A stretch of 64,000 bases of DNA from an uncultured virus (IMG/VR IMGVR_UViG_3300032268_000759). Its lineage: Duplodnaviria > Heunggongvirae > Uroviricota > Caudoviricetes. Position numbers and translations under genes: made by a program. The stretch is from positions 32,001 to 96,000 of the IMG/VR virus record IMGVR_UViG_3300032268_000759, one strand, 5' to 3'. Position 1 is the stretch's first letter. Each line of letters begins with the position of its first letter. Positions 9,288 to 20,795 of the stretch are shown here, in pieces. The notes under the pieces were generated by a model that saw only the letters and a list, made by a program, of their open reading frames with translations, was not told the DNA's origin and did no database searches.

Positions 9288-11143
9288 TGGCTGAAAAAAA
9301 AGACATAAGATATATTAATAGAGAATTTGGTGAATTGAAAACAGCGCTTATCAATTATACTAAAACCTATTTTCCAAACACATATAATGATTTTAGTCCA
9401 TCATCTCCAGGTACAGCTTTTATAGAAATGGCTGCTTATGTAGGTGATGTATTATCATTTTATCAAGATAATCAATTTCAAGAAACATTTTTACAATATG
9501 CTAGACAAGCTAATAATTTATATGAATTAGCTTATATGTTTGGCTATAAGCCAAATGTAACAGGTGTATCAACAACTAATATAGATGTATATCAACAATT
9601 ACCTTCTATAACTAGTGGTAGTGTTCAAATACCTGATTTTTCTTATGCTTTATATTTTGCTCCAAATTCATTAGTAAAAGCAAATTTATCAGGTTCAACA
9701 AGTTTCTTAATTCAAGATCCTATTGACTTTACAGTATCAAGTTCAGGAGATCCAACTGAAATAACAGTATATAGTATAAGTGGAGATCAACCTACAAGTT
9801 TCTTATTAAAGAAAACTCGTAAAGCAATTTCATCTACTGTTAATGCAACTACCTTCACTTTTAATGACCCAGTTCCATTTTCAACAGTTGAAATAAATAC
9901 TGAAAATATTGTTGGTATAATAGAAGTAATGGATAGTGATGGTAATCAATGGTATGAAGTAGATTATTTAGCTCAAGAAACAGTATTTGATTCAATAAAA
10001 AATACAAATGTTAATGATCCTAATTTTACATTAAGTAATGATACTCCATATCTATTAAAATTAAAACAAGTACAACGTAGATTTGCTACTCGTTTTATAA
10101 ATACAGGTTCATTACAAATTCAATTTGGATCAGGTATAGCATTTGAAGATGATGAGACAATAGTACCTAATCCATATAATGTTGGTTTAGGTTTACCATC
10201 AGAGCAAAGTAAATTAACCACCGCATACTCACCTTCAAATTTCATATTTACTAAAACTTATGGTATAGCTCCTTCAGCTACTACTTTAACAGTTATATAT
10301 TTAACAGGAGGAGGAATAAGTTCAAATGTTCCTGCTAATACAATTAATACAATAATAAGTACCCCAAGATTTGTAAATTCTAATTTAGCTTCATCAATTA
10401 TAGCTCAAAGTATACTTGGATCAGTAGCTATAAACAATCCAGAAGCAGCTGATGGAGGACAAGATGGAGACACAGTTGAAGAAATAAGACAAAATTCAAT
10501 AGCAAATTTTGCTACTCAACTTAGAACTGTAACTCAAGATGATTATTTAGTTAGAGCTTTATCAATGCCTTCTAAATATGGAGTTATAGCTAAAGCATAT
10601 ATTGAACCAGTAAGAGCGCAAAATATATCAACAGGTGAAATTCCTGCTACTTTAGATTTATATACTTTATCATATGATTCAAATAACAATCTAAGAACAT
10701 GTTCAACTACTTTAAAACAAAATTTATCTACTTATCTATCTCAATATAGAGTAATAGGTGATTCAATTAGAATTAGAGATGGATTTATTATTAACATAGG
10801 TGTAAATTTTGAAATAATAGTACTGCCAGATTATAATAATAATGATATTATACTTGCTTGTATAACTGCATTACAAAATTATTTTGCTATAGATAAATGG
10901 TTAATTAATCAACCAATTGTTTTAAGAGAATTATATATCTTATTAGATAAAATAGAAGGAGTTCAAACTATTAAAACTATAAATATAGTAAATAAAGTTG
11001 GTACTAGTTTAGGATACTCACAATACGCTTATGATATACAAGGTGCTACACAAAATGGTATTATCTATCCTAGTTTAGATCCATCAGTATTTGAAGTTAA
11101 ATATCCTAACACAGATATTCAAGGTAAAATAGTATCATTATAA
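9287..11143 (+). CDS. baseplate wedge protein (gp6/baseplate J-like)
   Basis: YNDFSPSSPG..IEMAAYVGDVLSFYQD; GGQDGDTVEEIR; RTVTQDDY. Confidence 0.9.
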   Translation: MAEKKDIRYINREFGELKTALINYTKTYFPNTYNDFSPSSPGTAFIEMAAYVGDVLSFYQDNQFQETFLQYARQANNLYELAYMFGYKPNVTGVSTTNIDVYQQLPSITSGSVQIPDFSYALYFAPNSLVKANLSGSTSFLIQDPIDFTVSSSGDPTEITVYSISGDQPTSFLLKKTRKAISSTVNATTFTFNDPVPFSTVEINTENIVGIIEVMDSDGNQWYEVDYLAQETVFDSIKNTNVNDPNFTLSNDTPYLLKLKQVQRRFATRFINTGSLQIQFGSGIAFEDDETIVPNPYNVGLGLPSEQSKLTTAYSPSNFIFTKTYGIAPSATTLTVIYLTGGGISSNVPANTINTIISTPRFVNSNLASSIIAQSILGSVAINNPEAADGGQDGDTVEEIRQNSIANFATQLRTVTQDDYLVRALSMPSKYGVIAKAYIEPVRAQNISTGEIPATLDLYTLSYDSNNNLRTCSTTLKQNLSTYLSQYRVIGDSIRIRDGFIINIGVNFEIIVLPDYNNNDIILACITALQNYFAIDKWLINQPIVLRELYILLDKIEGVQTIKTINIVNKVGTSLGYSQYAYDIQGATQNGIIYPSLDPSVFEVKYPNTDIQGKIVSL

Positions 11144-11152
11144 TAAAAGAAA

Positions 11153-12277
11153 ATGGCAATATACAAATTATATCCATATAAAGACGCTACTTTATATTCA
11201 TTCTATCCTAATGCAAACATGGGTTTAGATTCTATATTAGAAGTAGGTAATCCATTAACTATAGATGGCTCATCAGGAGTATTTAGAGCATTATTAGCTT
11301 TTGATCAAACTGAAATAAATAGTATTTTAAACACTAGAATTAGTAGTTCATTATGGCAGGCTAATTTAAAATGTTATATTGCTAATGCTGAAGGTGTAGA
11401 TTTTAGTAGTACTGTATTTGCATACCCAGTATCAGGTACTTGGAGTAATGGTACTGGTCAATTTGGAGATAATCCTATAACTACAGATGGTGTTAGTTGG
11501 GGATGGATAAACTATGAAAGTGGAAGTACTTGGAATATATCAACATTCCCAGCTTATGTAACTGCTTCATTTTTAAATTCAAATAAAGGAGGAGGAAATT
11601 GGTATACAGGTTCATCAAATCCTAATTTAAAAATTCCTGCTTCACAATCATTTGATATTAGAAGTGATAAAGATTTAAATATAGTTGTAACAGATACTGT
11701 TAAAGCTTGGTATAGTGGTTCTTTTAACAATGAAGGATTTATCATTAAATGGAGTGATTCTATTGAATTTAGTAATTTAGAAGCAATTCAACCTGATTTA
11801 AAATTCTTCTCAGTAGATACTCACACAATCTATCCTCCTGAATTAGAATTTAGATGGAGAGACTATATAAATAATACAGGCTCATCAGTACAAACCACAT
11901 TAACTACTTCTCAAATATATGCTTCAGTAATTGAAAACCCAGGATTTTTTTATCCTGAGAGTGTAAATAGATTTAGAATAGAATGTAGACCACAATATCC
12001 AACTCGTGTATACCAAACATCTTCAATATATACAAATAATTTTTATTTACCTACAGCATCATATTACGCTATAAAAGATTTAGATACTAATGAATATGTA
12101 ATTGATTTTGATACTAACTATACTCAAATTAGTGCTGATAGTACAAGTAATTATTTTGACATTTATATGAATGGTTTACAACCAGAACGTTACTATAAAA
12201 TTTTAATTAAAACTACAATAAATAATAGTACAATTATATTAGATAATAATTATTACTTTAAAATAATAAATGGATAA
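11153..12277 (+). CDS. virion structural protein (DNRLRE/CBM-like beta domain)
   Basis: KDATLYS..PNANMG..ILEV; baseplate context. Confidence 0.5.
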   Translation: MAIYKLYPYKDATLYSFYPNANMGLDSILEVGNPLTIDGSSGVFRALLAFDQTEINSILNTRISSSLWQANLKCYIANAEGVDFSSTVFAYPVSGTWSNGTGQFGDNPITTDGVSWGWINYESGSTWNISTFPAYVTASFLNSNKGGGNWYTGSSNPNLKIPASQSFDIRSDKDLNIVVTDTVKAWYSGSFNNEGFIIKWSDSIEFSNLEAIQPDLKFFSVDTHTIYPPELEFRWRDYINNTGSSVQTTLTTSQIYASVIENPGFFYPESVNRFRIECRPQYPTRVYQTSSIYTNNFYLPTASYYAIKDLDTNEYVIDFDTNYTQISADSTSNYFDIYMNGLQPERYYKILIKTTINNSTIILDNNYYFKIING

Positions 12278-12627
12278 TGGCTCAAGTTGAACTAAATAAA
12301 AGAGTATTCTCAAAAAATCAATACCAAAAGGTAATTGATACTTCTTTTACTCAATTAGTACCTTTAAATCAAACTAATATAACACCAACATCATCTGTTA
12401 CTGTAGATCAATTTTTTGAATCTTACAATCAATTATTCTTTGATATACCTAAATTTGGAGAAGTAAATTCTCATGAGTACCTTATAAAAACAAGTCAAGA
12501 ATATGTTGGTTCAACATTTCAATCAGATGAAATACAAGCATTAATTGATGAAGTTACATTCTTAAGACAACAAAATCTTGATTTACAGCAACAATATCAA
12601 GTAATAAATAACAACCTACCTAAGTAA
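12277..12627 (+). CDS. hypothetical baseplate protein
   Basis: TAATG-coupled; C-terminal coiled coil. Confidence 0.5.
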   Translation: MAQVELNKRVFSKNQYQKVIDTSFTQLVPLNQTNITPTSSVTVDQFFESYNQLFFDIPKFGEVNSHEYLIKTSQEYVGSTFQSDEIQALIDEVTFLRQQNLDLQQQYQVINNNLPK

Positions 12628-15600
12628 TGGATAGAATAGTTAATATACAAAATGTAGACCCTACAACTTTAGAGTTACAAAACTACTCTTCTGAGGATCA
12701 AAACCTGATTTCAAGTTTTGAATTGGAAAATTCTTTTACTTCTAGTGTTGACTATATAGAATATACAATATATGACTTCAATCAGAATATATTATTATAT
12801 ACTGATCAATTTTCAAATTATTCAATTATAAACAATAAAGTCCAAATAGATCCAGAAAATGATTTAGTATCATATGGATTTGATGAAGGACAATATATAA
12901 CTAATTATAATTTCTTTAAAAATATATTAGGTTCATCTAATGATAATACCTACTATATATCAGAAATAAGTTCAGATAGAACTGAAGTAAGATTAGATAC
13001 TACATTAATTGATAATATTCTTGTAATATCATCATCAACAGATTTCTCAATTCAATTACAACAATCTAATTATTATAAAGATTTTTATTTAAATTTTGGA
13101 AATAATAATTTAGTAATAGCAAATAATGTTTTATTAGATACATCTGATCCTACTAATCCAACTGTATTAATTAAACTATATGAACCATTACCTACTAATT
13201 TTGATTTAAAAACAGAATTATGGGTAGTTGAATCTATAGCTGATCCTTTATCATATCAAATTAGTATTTCATTAATATTTGATAGTGTAGATAGTGGTAT
13301 ACAATTAAATGGTCCTAATTTTAATATATCAACTAAAGATAGGATTAATAATTCTTCTGAATATGCTAGCTTTAATTCAATAACAAATACTACTTCACAA
13401 TTTGGTAGTTCAAGTTTACGTTATCAATTAAATAGTTTATTAGTAGAAAAAGGAATAGAAATAAATATTGATTATAATAGTTATTATAATTTTGTATTTT
13501 TCTCATCAGCTCAAACTCGATTAGAAAATTTCTATTATAAAATGTCATTACTTGAAGAATATACAGCTAATGCTAAAATGTCTTCAACAGGTTCATCAAG
13601 TACTTCATATTATGTTTCATCAAGTTATAACATATATCAAGCTAAAATAGATGATATTATAACTAATTTTGATGGATATGAATATTTCTTATATTTTGAA
13701 TCAGGTAGTAAATGTTGGCCTAAAACTAATGATGAACAACCATATATTAATGCTACAGTAAATTCATTAGTAGTTCAAAATTGGTTAGCTGAACAATATG
13801 CTAGTGCTTCAGACTATGATAATAATTTAAATCCTAATGCTTTAATAAATACTATTCCTAGTTATCTAAGAGATGATCCTTCAAATTCACAATATGAATT
13901 ATTTGTGGAAATGGTAGGTCAACATTTTGATAGTATCTGGGTTTATATTAAAGATATAGATAATAAATATAACGCTGATAATCGTTTAGATTATGGTGTG
14001 TCTAAGGATTTAGTAGCAGATGTATTAAGAGATTTAGGTGTTAAAATATATCAAAATAACTTCTCTGTAGATGATTTATATACATCATTTATAGGAATAA
14101 CCCCAGGTGGTTCATCTTTACCTTCAACAGGAAATGAATTAATTACTAACTATGTAACAGCTTCTCTATCACCTTATGTACTACCAGGATATGTTATCAC
14201 AGGATATGTTAATGGTAAACCTATTATAGTACCATTAGATGATATTAATAAATCAATATATAAACGTATATATCATAATGTACCTTACTTATTTAAGAAA
14301 AAAGGTACTATTGAAGGACTAAGAGCATTAATAACTTTATATGGTATTCCTGATACTATTTTAAGGATAAATGAATTTGGAGGTAAAAATAAAGATAATT
14401 CTAATGACTGGGATCAATGGCAAAACCAATATAATTACTCATTATATTCATCACTTGTAGATAATTATCCTACATCTGAAAGTGGAAGTGTTTATGGTAG
14501 TGGTACATATGGTACTTCAGTTTATACCTCAACTTCAAATAAATCAGGGGTTGTTATTATTCCTTGGGATAAATTATCAACAACTAATACCAGCCCAGCA
14601 TCAATAGCTTTTAGATTTAAAACAGAAGGTGTTTCTTTTTTCTATCCTAGTCAATCATTATTATTTAATGAATTATCATTAGGTGGTAATGCTTTTAGTT
14701 TAGTATTAGAACGCTCAGAATCAATATATGGAACCTACTCAGGTTCAGGTGCTCCAATCTCACCAACATATGATTGGGGTACATTAAAATTAATACTACC
14801 AGATACATCAGTATCATGTAGTGTTTATTTACCTTTATTTAATAGTGGTTGGTGGTCAGTATTAGTAACTCGAACTAATTCAACTCACAGTTTATATGTT
14901 AAAAACAAAATAAATAATGGAGAGGATGGAAACCAATTAGGTTTTCAAGCATCATCTAGTGTGATATCTTCAAATCCAAGTTGGAATAATGTTGGTAATT
15001 CATATTTAGGTGGATTCAGATCAGGAGTAACCAGTAGTCTTATATCAGGTAAAATTTATACTCCATTTTTAGGTACTTTTCAAGAATTTAGATATTATAG
15101 TTTACCACTAAATGAAGGTACATTTGATGATTTTGTAATGAATCCTTACTCTATAGAAGGAAATACAATTGATGGTGCTCAATCATCAGTTGAAATTCTT
15201 AAATTAAGAGCACCATTAGGTTCAATATTAGATATAGATGTATCACAAAGTGCAAGAACATCAGTTCATCCAAGTTTAACTGTTGTTCCTACTACTTCAT
15301 CATTTTATAATGGTACTAACAATTATACTATAACAGGTAGTTTTCAATTTGTATCAAATACTGAAACTATATTTTTAGATCAATTCCCAGCTGGTATAAG
15401 AAATACTATTAATAATAAAATTAAAATAGCTCAAACTATTTTACCAACGGGAGATACATTATCACCTTATATTAGAATACAACAAGATTCACCTGTAAGT
15501 GGTAGTTATACTAAAGATTTAAATTTATTAGAAGTAGCATTTTCCCCACAAAATGAAATAAATGAGGATATTATAGCTCAATTAGGGTATTTTAACTTAG

Positions 15601-17636
15601 GAGATTATATTGGTGATCCAAGACAGTTGGCTCAATCTAAAGATTTTTATCCTGATTTAAATACTTTAAGAGATGAATACTTTAAAAAATATACTTCAAA
15701 TTATAATTTAACTGATTATATTCGTTTAATAAAATACTTTGATAACTCATTATTTAAAATGATTAAAGATTTTGTTCCTGCAAGAACAAGTTTATCGTCA
15801 GGTATAGTTATTAAACAGCATTTATTAGAAAGAAATAGATACAGAGTACCTTCAGCTTCATACTCAGAACCATACTATACAGCATCAGTTAAATCATTTC
15901 CATTTGATTTTAACTCATCACAGTTATATAAAACTACAGCTGCTGGGGCAGGAGAATTTGATTCAGTATATATAGATAGTTTAAATCAAGCTTGGTCTGA
16001 ATCTATTGTCACTCCATTAGGTATAGTAAATAGAATTCATAATGATAAAAGTGAATTTTTAACAGGTGAATTAAGTGGAAGTACAATTGTAGCATCAACT
16101 CAAAGTTTAGGTCCAACTCCACTTTTATTTAATTTAGATTTAATATCTACAGATAATGGAGCAGGTTTAATCACATACTATGATATTAATTTTAAATTTA
16201 AATCAGATAAAACATATTATATTCAACTTAATATTAATAATACTGATACAACATTTTTAGGTAATATCTATGCTTTTTGGTTAGGTACAAGTTTATTAGA
16301 TTCAAGTGATATTATATATGAAAATGCTAGCATCCCAGTATCAACACTGTTATCTCCATTTATAAAAATTGAGAATGCTAAAACTAGAACATTAAGAGTA
16401 GTTAATGCTAGTTTATTTAATAATAATACATCTATATCTGCCTTAATATACGAAACTCCAAATGATTTACCTGAACCATTATTAAATAATGTTTCAATAT
16501 ATCCACCAAGTAGATATTTTATGGATATTGATTATTCATCAGGTCAACTTTCTCCAACTAATCAAGGAGTACTTATTACAGGATCAGCTACTAAAGCTCC
16601 TGTACAAGATTATAATTATAATGTTCGTAGAAGTACTTTACCAAGATATGCTGGTAGTAAATTAACAGGAGCAAAAATAAATGTTCATACAGATGGAGAT
16701 ATTAGTTATGGTAAAGAACCTGTAATTAACAACTACCAAACATCTTTTTTAACATTTAAAGAAATTAGAAATGCTTATCCTGAGTTAGTAGGTAAATCAA
16801 CATTATGGATTAATAGTCTAGTTGATAAAGATGGTAATCAATTAGCTGTAAATTTTAGTACTGGTTCAAATTACTATTATAATTTAATTGATAATTTTGG
16901 AAAAGATAGTCAAGTAAACTTACAAATAACTACAACACCTACAGGCTCAACATCAACTGATTTAGATTTATCTACAACTGTATATAGACCTGCTTTATTA
17001 TGGCCTAAAGTAGTATTAACCAATGAATCAGGAAGTACTTTAAATAGTGATAATACTATTAGATATGTAACTGCTTCAATAGCTATAAATGAAACTTTAA
17101 TTTCAAGTGGAGTTGTTTCACCTTACACTCTTTTAAGTTCTAGTGTGTGGGGAACAGGAGGATCAACTTTATTGAATGTGATAACATCATCAACCCAATT
17201 ATATAATACTTATGTAGCATCAGCTTTTTTCCCAAGTTATTCATTTAGTCAAAATAATACAACAACTTCATCAGTAGGTGGAGTTGGAGGATATGATCCA
17301 ATAACATTAGATATATCTCATATTAAAGTTGGAAATGAAATTAGATTTAATCAAGATGAAAGTAGAGTATATGTCATTAAAGAAGTAAATCTTAACCCTA
17401 TGTTATTTTATATATGGTTAGTTCTTGATAAACCAATACCTTCAGCTCATACTTCTTCATTAAATAATGGATTTTTAATCAGAGAATATCAAACTGATCC
17501 ATCTAAACTAGTAATAAATGCTCCTAAATTAGTAGGAGGCGCACCAGGATATTTAACACCACAATATATATCTCCTGATCTTATAGCGAGTTTAGATAAA
17601 ACAGTTGAAACTTTAAAAGAAACCGGAATATTATAA
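12627..17636 (+). CDS. large baseplate wedge protein (gp7/tail I-like region plus LamG-like domain)
   Basis: YLFKKKGTIEGLRALITLYG motif; SIAFRFKT...GWWSVLV...FQEFRYY beta-sandwich. Confidence 0.6.
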   Translation: MDRIVNIQNVDPTTLELQNYSSEDQNLISSFELENSFTSSVDYIEYTIYDFNQNILLYTDQFSNYSIINNKVQIDPENDLVSYGFDEGQYITNYNFFKNILGSSNDNTYYISEISSDRTEVRLDTTLIDNILVISSSTDFSIQLQQSNYYKDFYLNFGNNNLVIANNVLLDTSDPTNPTVLIKLYEPLPTNFDLKTELWVVESIADPLSYQISISLIFDSVDSGIQLNGPNFNISTKDRINNSSEYASFNSITNTTSQFGSSSLRYQLNSLLVEKGIEINIDYNSYYNFVFFSSAQTRLENFYYKMSLLEEYTANAKMSSTGSSSTSYYVSSSYNIYQAKIDDIITNFDGYEYFLYFESGSKCWPKTNDEQPYINATVNSLVVQNWLAEQYASASDYDNNLNPNALINTIPSYLRDDPSNSQYELFVEMVGQHFDSIWVYIKDIDNKYNADNRLDYGVSKDLVADVLRDLGVKIYQNNFSVDDLYTSFIGITPGGSSLPSTGNELITNYVTASLSPYVLPGYVITGYVNGKPIIVPLDDINKSIYKRIYHNVPYLFKKKGTIEGLRALITLYGIPDTILRINEFGGKNKDNSNDWDQWQNQYNYSLYSSLVDNYPTSESGSVYGSGTYGTSVYTSTSNKSGVVIIPWDKLSTTNTSPASIAFRFKTEGVSFFYPSQSLLFNELSLGGNAFSLVLERSESIYGTYSGSGAPISPTYDWGTLKLILPDTSVSCSVYLPLFNSGWWSVLVTRTNSTHSLYVKNKINNGEDGNQLGFQASSSVISSNPSWNNVGNSYLGGFRSGVTSSLISGKIYTPFLGTFQEFRYYSLPLNEGTFDDFVMNPYSIEGNTIDGAQSSVEILKLRAPLGSILDIDVSQSARTSVHPSLTVVPTTSSFYNGTNNYTITGSFQFVSNTETIFLDQFPAGIRNTINNKIKIAQTILPTGDTLSPYIRIQQDSPVSGSYTKDLNLLEVAFSPQNEINEDIIAQLGYFNLGDYIGDPRQLAQSKDFYPDLNTLRDEYFKKYTSNYNLTDYIRLIKYFDNSLFKMIKDFVPARTSLSSGIVIKQHLLERNRYRVPSASYSEPYYTASVKSFPFDFNSSQLYKTTAAGAGEFDSVYIDSLNQAWSESIVTPLGIVNRIHNDKSEFLTGELSGSTIVASTQSLGPTPLLFNLDLISTDNGAGLITYYDINFKFKSDKTYYIQLNINNTDTTFLGNIYAFWLGTSLLDSSDIIYENASIPVSTLLSPFIKIENAKTRTLRVVNASLFNNNTSISALIYETPNDLPEPLLNNVSIYPPSRYFMDIDYSSGQLSPTNQGVLITGSATKAPVQDYNYNVRRSTLPRYAGSKLTGAKINVHTDGDISYGKEPVINNYQTSFLTFKEIRNAYPELVGKSTLWINSLVDKDGNQLAVNFSTGSNYYYNLIDNFGKDSQVNLQITTTPTGSTSTDLDLSTTVYRPALLWPKVVLTNESGSTLNSDNTIRYVTASIAINETLISSGVVSPYTLLSSSVWGTGGSTLLNVITSSTQLYNTYVASAFFPSYSFSQNNTTTSSVGGVGGYDPITLDISHIKVGNEIRFNQDESRVYVIKEVNLNPMLFYIWLVLDKPIPSAHTSSLNNGFLIREYQTDPSKLVINAPKLVGGAPGYLTPQYISPDLIASLDKTVETLKETGIL

Positions 17637-17663
17637 TATTTATTAACATATAAACAAATACAA

Positions 17664-18317
17664 ATGGCATACTTAAATAATTCAGTAGTAACAGTAGACG
17701 CTATATTAACAACAAAAGGTCGCGAACTTTTAGCAAAAAGCGATGGTAGTTTTAGAATTACCCAATTTTCATTAGCAGATGATGAAATTGATTATACTTT
17801 ATATAATCCAACACATCCATCTGGGTCAGCTTATTATGGTGAAGCATTAGCGAACTTACCTTTACTTGAAGCATTTCCTCAAGAAACCCAAATTATGAAA
17901 TATAAATTGGCTACTTTACCTCGTGGAACTTCAAAATTACCAATATTAAATTTAGGTACATCAAATATAGTTATACCTCAAGGTGGAACATATATTATTA
18001 ATCCTCAAACTTTAAACTATTTAGGTGGTAATTCAACAACAGAACAGTCAGGTTACACTGCTACTATATCTGATGTTCGTTTATTAAAATCATTTACTGG
18101 GACAGGTGTTAATACAGCAGCGGCTCAAGCATTAAATGTTTCAACTACTATAGGTACAAATGTATCTAAAACAGTAGTAGGTACTACAATTAGTTTAACT
18201 GCTACAACTGTTAATACATTGTTTGGTGCAAACTCATCAGCAACAGCTACATTAACAGTAGAAGGTAGAGATAGTGGTGCTCGTGTTACTATTCCTGTTA
18301 CTATAACAAAATCATAA
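17664..18317 (+). CDS. baseplate/tail-fibre attachment protein
   Basis: DAILTTKGRELLAK...ITQFSLAD resembles the tail-collar fibre N-terminal fold. Confidence 0.5.
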   Translation: MAYLNNSVVTVDAILTTKGRELLAKSDGSFRITQFSLADDEIDYTLYNPTHPSGSAYYGEALANLPLLEAFPQETQIMKYKLATLPRGTSKLPILNLGTSNIVIPQGGTYIINPQTLNYLGGNSTTEQSGYTATISDVRLLKSFTGTGVNTAAAQALNVSTTIGTNVSKTVVGTTISLTATTVNTLFGANSSATATLTVEGRDSGARVTIPVTITKS

Positions 18318-18330
18318 AATTAAATAAAAT

Positions 18331-19371
18331 ATGTCATTCAAAAGATTAGACCCAGAAGATTTTATACTATCAGCAGATTCAATAACTGCTGCGTTATGGA
18401 CTACTAACAACCCAACATTAAGTACTTTCTTTACTTCATCAACTCAAGAAGCATCAACTACAGGTGATTATTACTTAAGTGTATATCAAACTAGTTCAGC
18501 TTTATCAGGTTCAGAAGTTCAATTTGATACTACATATGGTAACAAATTTGGTAGTGGTAGTGCTTTATATAATACATTAGTACCAGAAAATTCTCCAACT
18601 AAAACTATATATGGTCAATATAGAGCATTGGTTTTAGGAGATGAAAATTCTGATTTTGTATTTGGTAATATAACATCTTCTGATTTTTGGGCTATATCAG
18701 TTTCAAGAAACAGATATAAAGAATCATTATTTCCAGGTTCATTAACTTTAAGACTATCAGGTTCAACAGGTTTAAATATATTATTAACTGATGATTCACA
18801 ATATGTTTCTACTGTATCTTTCTTAGATTCAGGTCGAGTTTATAATTTAATTTCAGGTTCAGCTGGTGTAAAAAGCACAACAACTGCTACAACTAGTGAT
18901 GGTTGGTCATTAAACTCAGGTTCATATGGTTGGTTCTTACCAGATATTGGAACAATATTACTTAATCCATTAGCATTAGGAAGTTCAGTAGTAGGTGGTG
19001 GTATTTCATTAACATCAAATAAAACAAATAATTCTGATGGACAAAATCCTCAACTATTGTTTAGAGCAATTAGTGGTAGTGGTCCATCTTTAGCAGCATT
19101 CCGTTTAAACTCTCAAGAAACAATTACTTCAGATTACGTATTTGTTAGAGCTAGAAACTCAGAATTTAACTACTCAGAAAATCCAACATTCATATCTGGT
19201 TCAACAGGTGAAGTGTTATATGATGATTTTATTAATAATCCTCAAGTATATTTCACAACTGTAGGCATGTATAATGATAACAATGAATTAGTAGCAGTAG
19301 CTAAATTATCAAAACCATTAGTTAAAGACTTTACTAAAGAAGCTTTAATTCGTGTGAAATTAGATTTCTAA
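18331..19371 (+). CDS. baseplate structural protein
   Basis: C-terminal TTVGMYNDNNELVAVAKLSKPLVK..IRVKLDF. Confidence 0.55.
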   Translation: MSFKRLDPEDFILSADSITAALWTTNNPTLSTFFTSSTQEASTTGDYYLSVYQTSSALSGSEVQFDTTYGNKFGSGSALYNTLVPENSPTKTIYGQYRALVLGDENSDFVFGNITSSDFWAISVSRNRYKESLFPGSLTLRLSGSTGLNILLTDDSQYVSTVSFLDSGRVYNLISGSAGVKSTTTATTSDGWSLNSGSYGWFLPDIGTILLNPLALGSSVVGGGISLTSNKTNNSDGQNPQLLFRAISGSGPSLAAFRLNSQETITSDYVFVRARNSEFNYSENPTFISGSTGEVLYDDFINNPQVYFTTVGMYNDNNELVAVAKLSKPLVKDFTKEALIRVKLDF

Positions 19372-19374
19372 TGA

Positions 19375-20301
19375 ATGGGTGCTTACAAAACATTACTTGC
19401 ACAAGATATAATTATAACTCCATTTGAGGTGAACAAACTGTTCACCTTTTATGGAAATAATCAACTAATTGGTTCTGAAGTAGGTATTGATAGATTTTTA
19501 GGTAAAAACATAACCTCAAGTTTTGGACAAGATTCAACATTATTTAATCCAAATACTGATCCTACAACAGGACAATTATCTACTCAATATCAAAGACTAA
19601 TATATAATTCAATAAAAGAATTATATTACTCTAATTATTTAAGCTCAAGTTTTGGCTCACCAGTAACTACAGCTAGTTTAATTCCTGGTAAAGACACAGA
19701 CGGAAATGTACTAGTAGGAGGAACATATTCTCCATTATTCTATAATTACTTACAAACTACCTTATCATACCCACACTTTTTTCCAACATCATCAGATGCT
19801 ATTATAGGTGTATTAGCTATACCTTCAAGATTATTTGGAGATAACATTTCACCTAATAGTTTAGTTTATATTTGTGATAGTGGAAGTTACACAGATGATG
19901 GTGAAGGTAATTTAATATCTGGTAGTAATATTGTAGGTAACGTCATATACCAACATGGTATGGTAGTGTTATCAAGCGGTAGTAATAGTGTTATAAATAA
20001 CTTTATCTCAACTAATAACACAACTTGCTCATTTAAAAGCTCATATTCAATATATGAAACTCAATACAAATGTACTATCAGAGAAAATGAATTTAACTTT
20101 AGTCAAAATCCTACTTTACTATCTGGAAGTAGTAATGATACGTTATATAATTTTGCTACTGGTTCTTACTTTGCTCCGTTTATAACAACAGTTGGTTTAT
20201 ATGATGAACAACAAAATTTAGTAGCTGTAGGTAAATTGGCACAACCCTTACCATCATCAAGAACAACAGATATGACAATATATGTCAATTTAGATAGATA
20301 A
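19375..20301 (+). CDS. baseplate structural protein, paralog of 18331..19371
   Basis: Shares EFNxSxNPT and TTVGLYD..LVAVGKLAQP..VNLD. Confidence 0.55.
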   Translation: MGAYKTLLAQDIIITPFEVNKLFTFYGNNQLIGSEVGIDRFLGKNITSSFGQDSTLFNPNTDPTTGQLSTQYQRLIYNSIKELYYSNYLSSSFGSPVTTASLIPGKDTDGNVLVGGTYSPLFYNYLQTTLSYPHFFPTSSDAIIGVLAIPSRLFGDNISPNSLVYICDSGSYTDDGEGNLISGSNIVGNVIYQHGMVVLSSGSNSVINNFISTNNTTCSFKSSYSIYETQYKCTIRENEFNFSQNPTLLSGSSNDTLYNFATGSYFAPFITTVGLYDEQQNLVAVGKLAQPLPSSRTTDMTIYVNLDR

Positions 20302-20306
20302 AAAAT

Positions 20307-20768
20307 ATGCATTTATTAGAATTAGTTACGACAATTGAAGATTTAATTGATGATGAGAATTTTGATTCAACTCAATATGAAGGGTACATATACATGACCA
20401 CTAACTTGGAAACAAATCGTAGTTATATAGGTAAGAAAAATTTCTTCCATAAAACCAATGTTAAATTAGGTAAAAAAGAATTAGCTAACTTACCAGTTAC
20501 ACGTGGTAGAACCAAACAAACTAAATTAGTAGTTAAACCAAGCGATTGGAAAACATATTATGGTTCATCACAGGAAATAAAAGAGGATCTTAAAAAATAT
20601 CCTAAAGATAAATTTGTACGAGTATTATTAAAACTTTGTAAATCAAAAAAATCTTTAACTTATTATGAAAACAAATATTTATTCCAATATGGAGTACTAG
20701 AAGATCCAAAACAATGGATTAACGATAATATCCAGGGTCGTTTTTTCTCATCTGATACCTTAGAATAA
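20307..20768 (+). CDS. GIY-YIG family endonuclease (Seg-like)
   Basis: GYIYMTTNLETNRSYIGKK...YYGSS...YYEN...INDNI. Confidence 0.8.
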   Translation: MHLLELVTTIEDLIDDENFDSTQYEGYIYMTTNLETNRSYIGKKNFFHKTNVKLGKKELANLPVTRGRTKQTKLVVKPSDWKTYYGSSQEIKEDLKKYPKDKFVRVLLKLCKSKKSLTYYENKYLFQYGVLEDPKQWINDNIQGRFFSSDTLE

Positions 20769-20795
20769 AAGATATATATTTATAACAAAATAACT

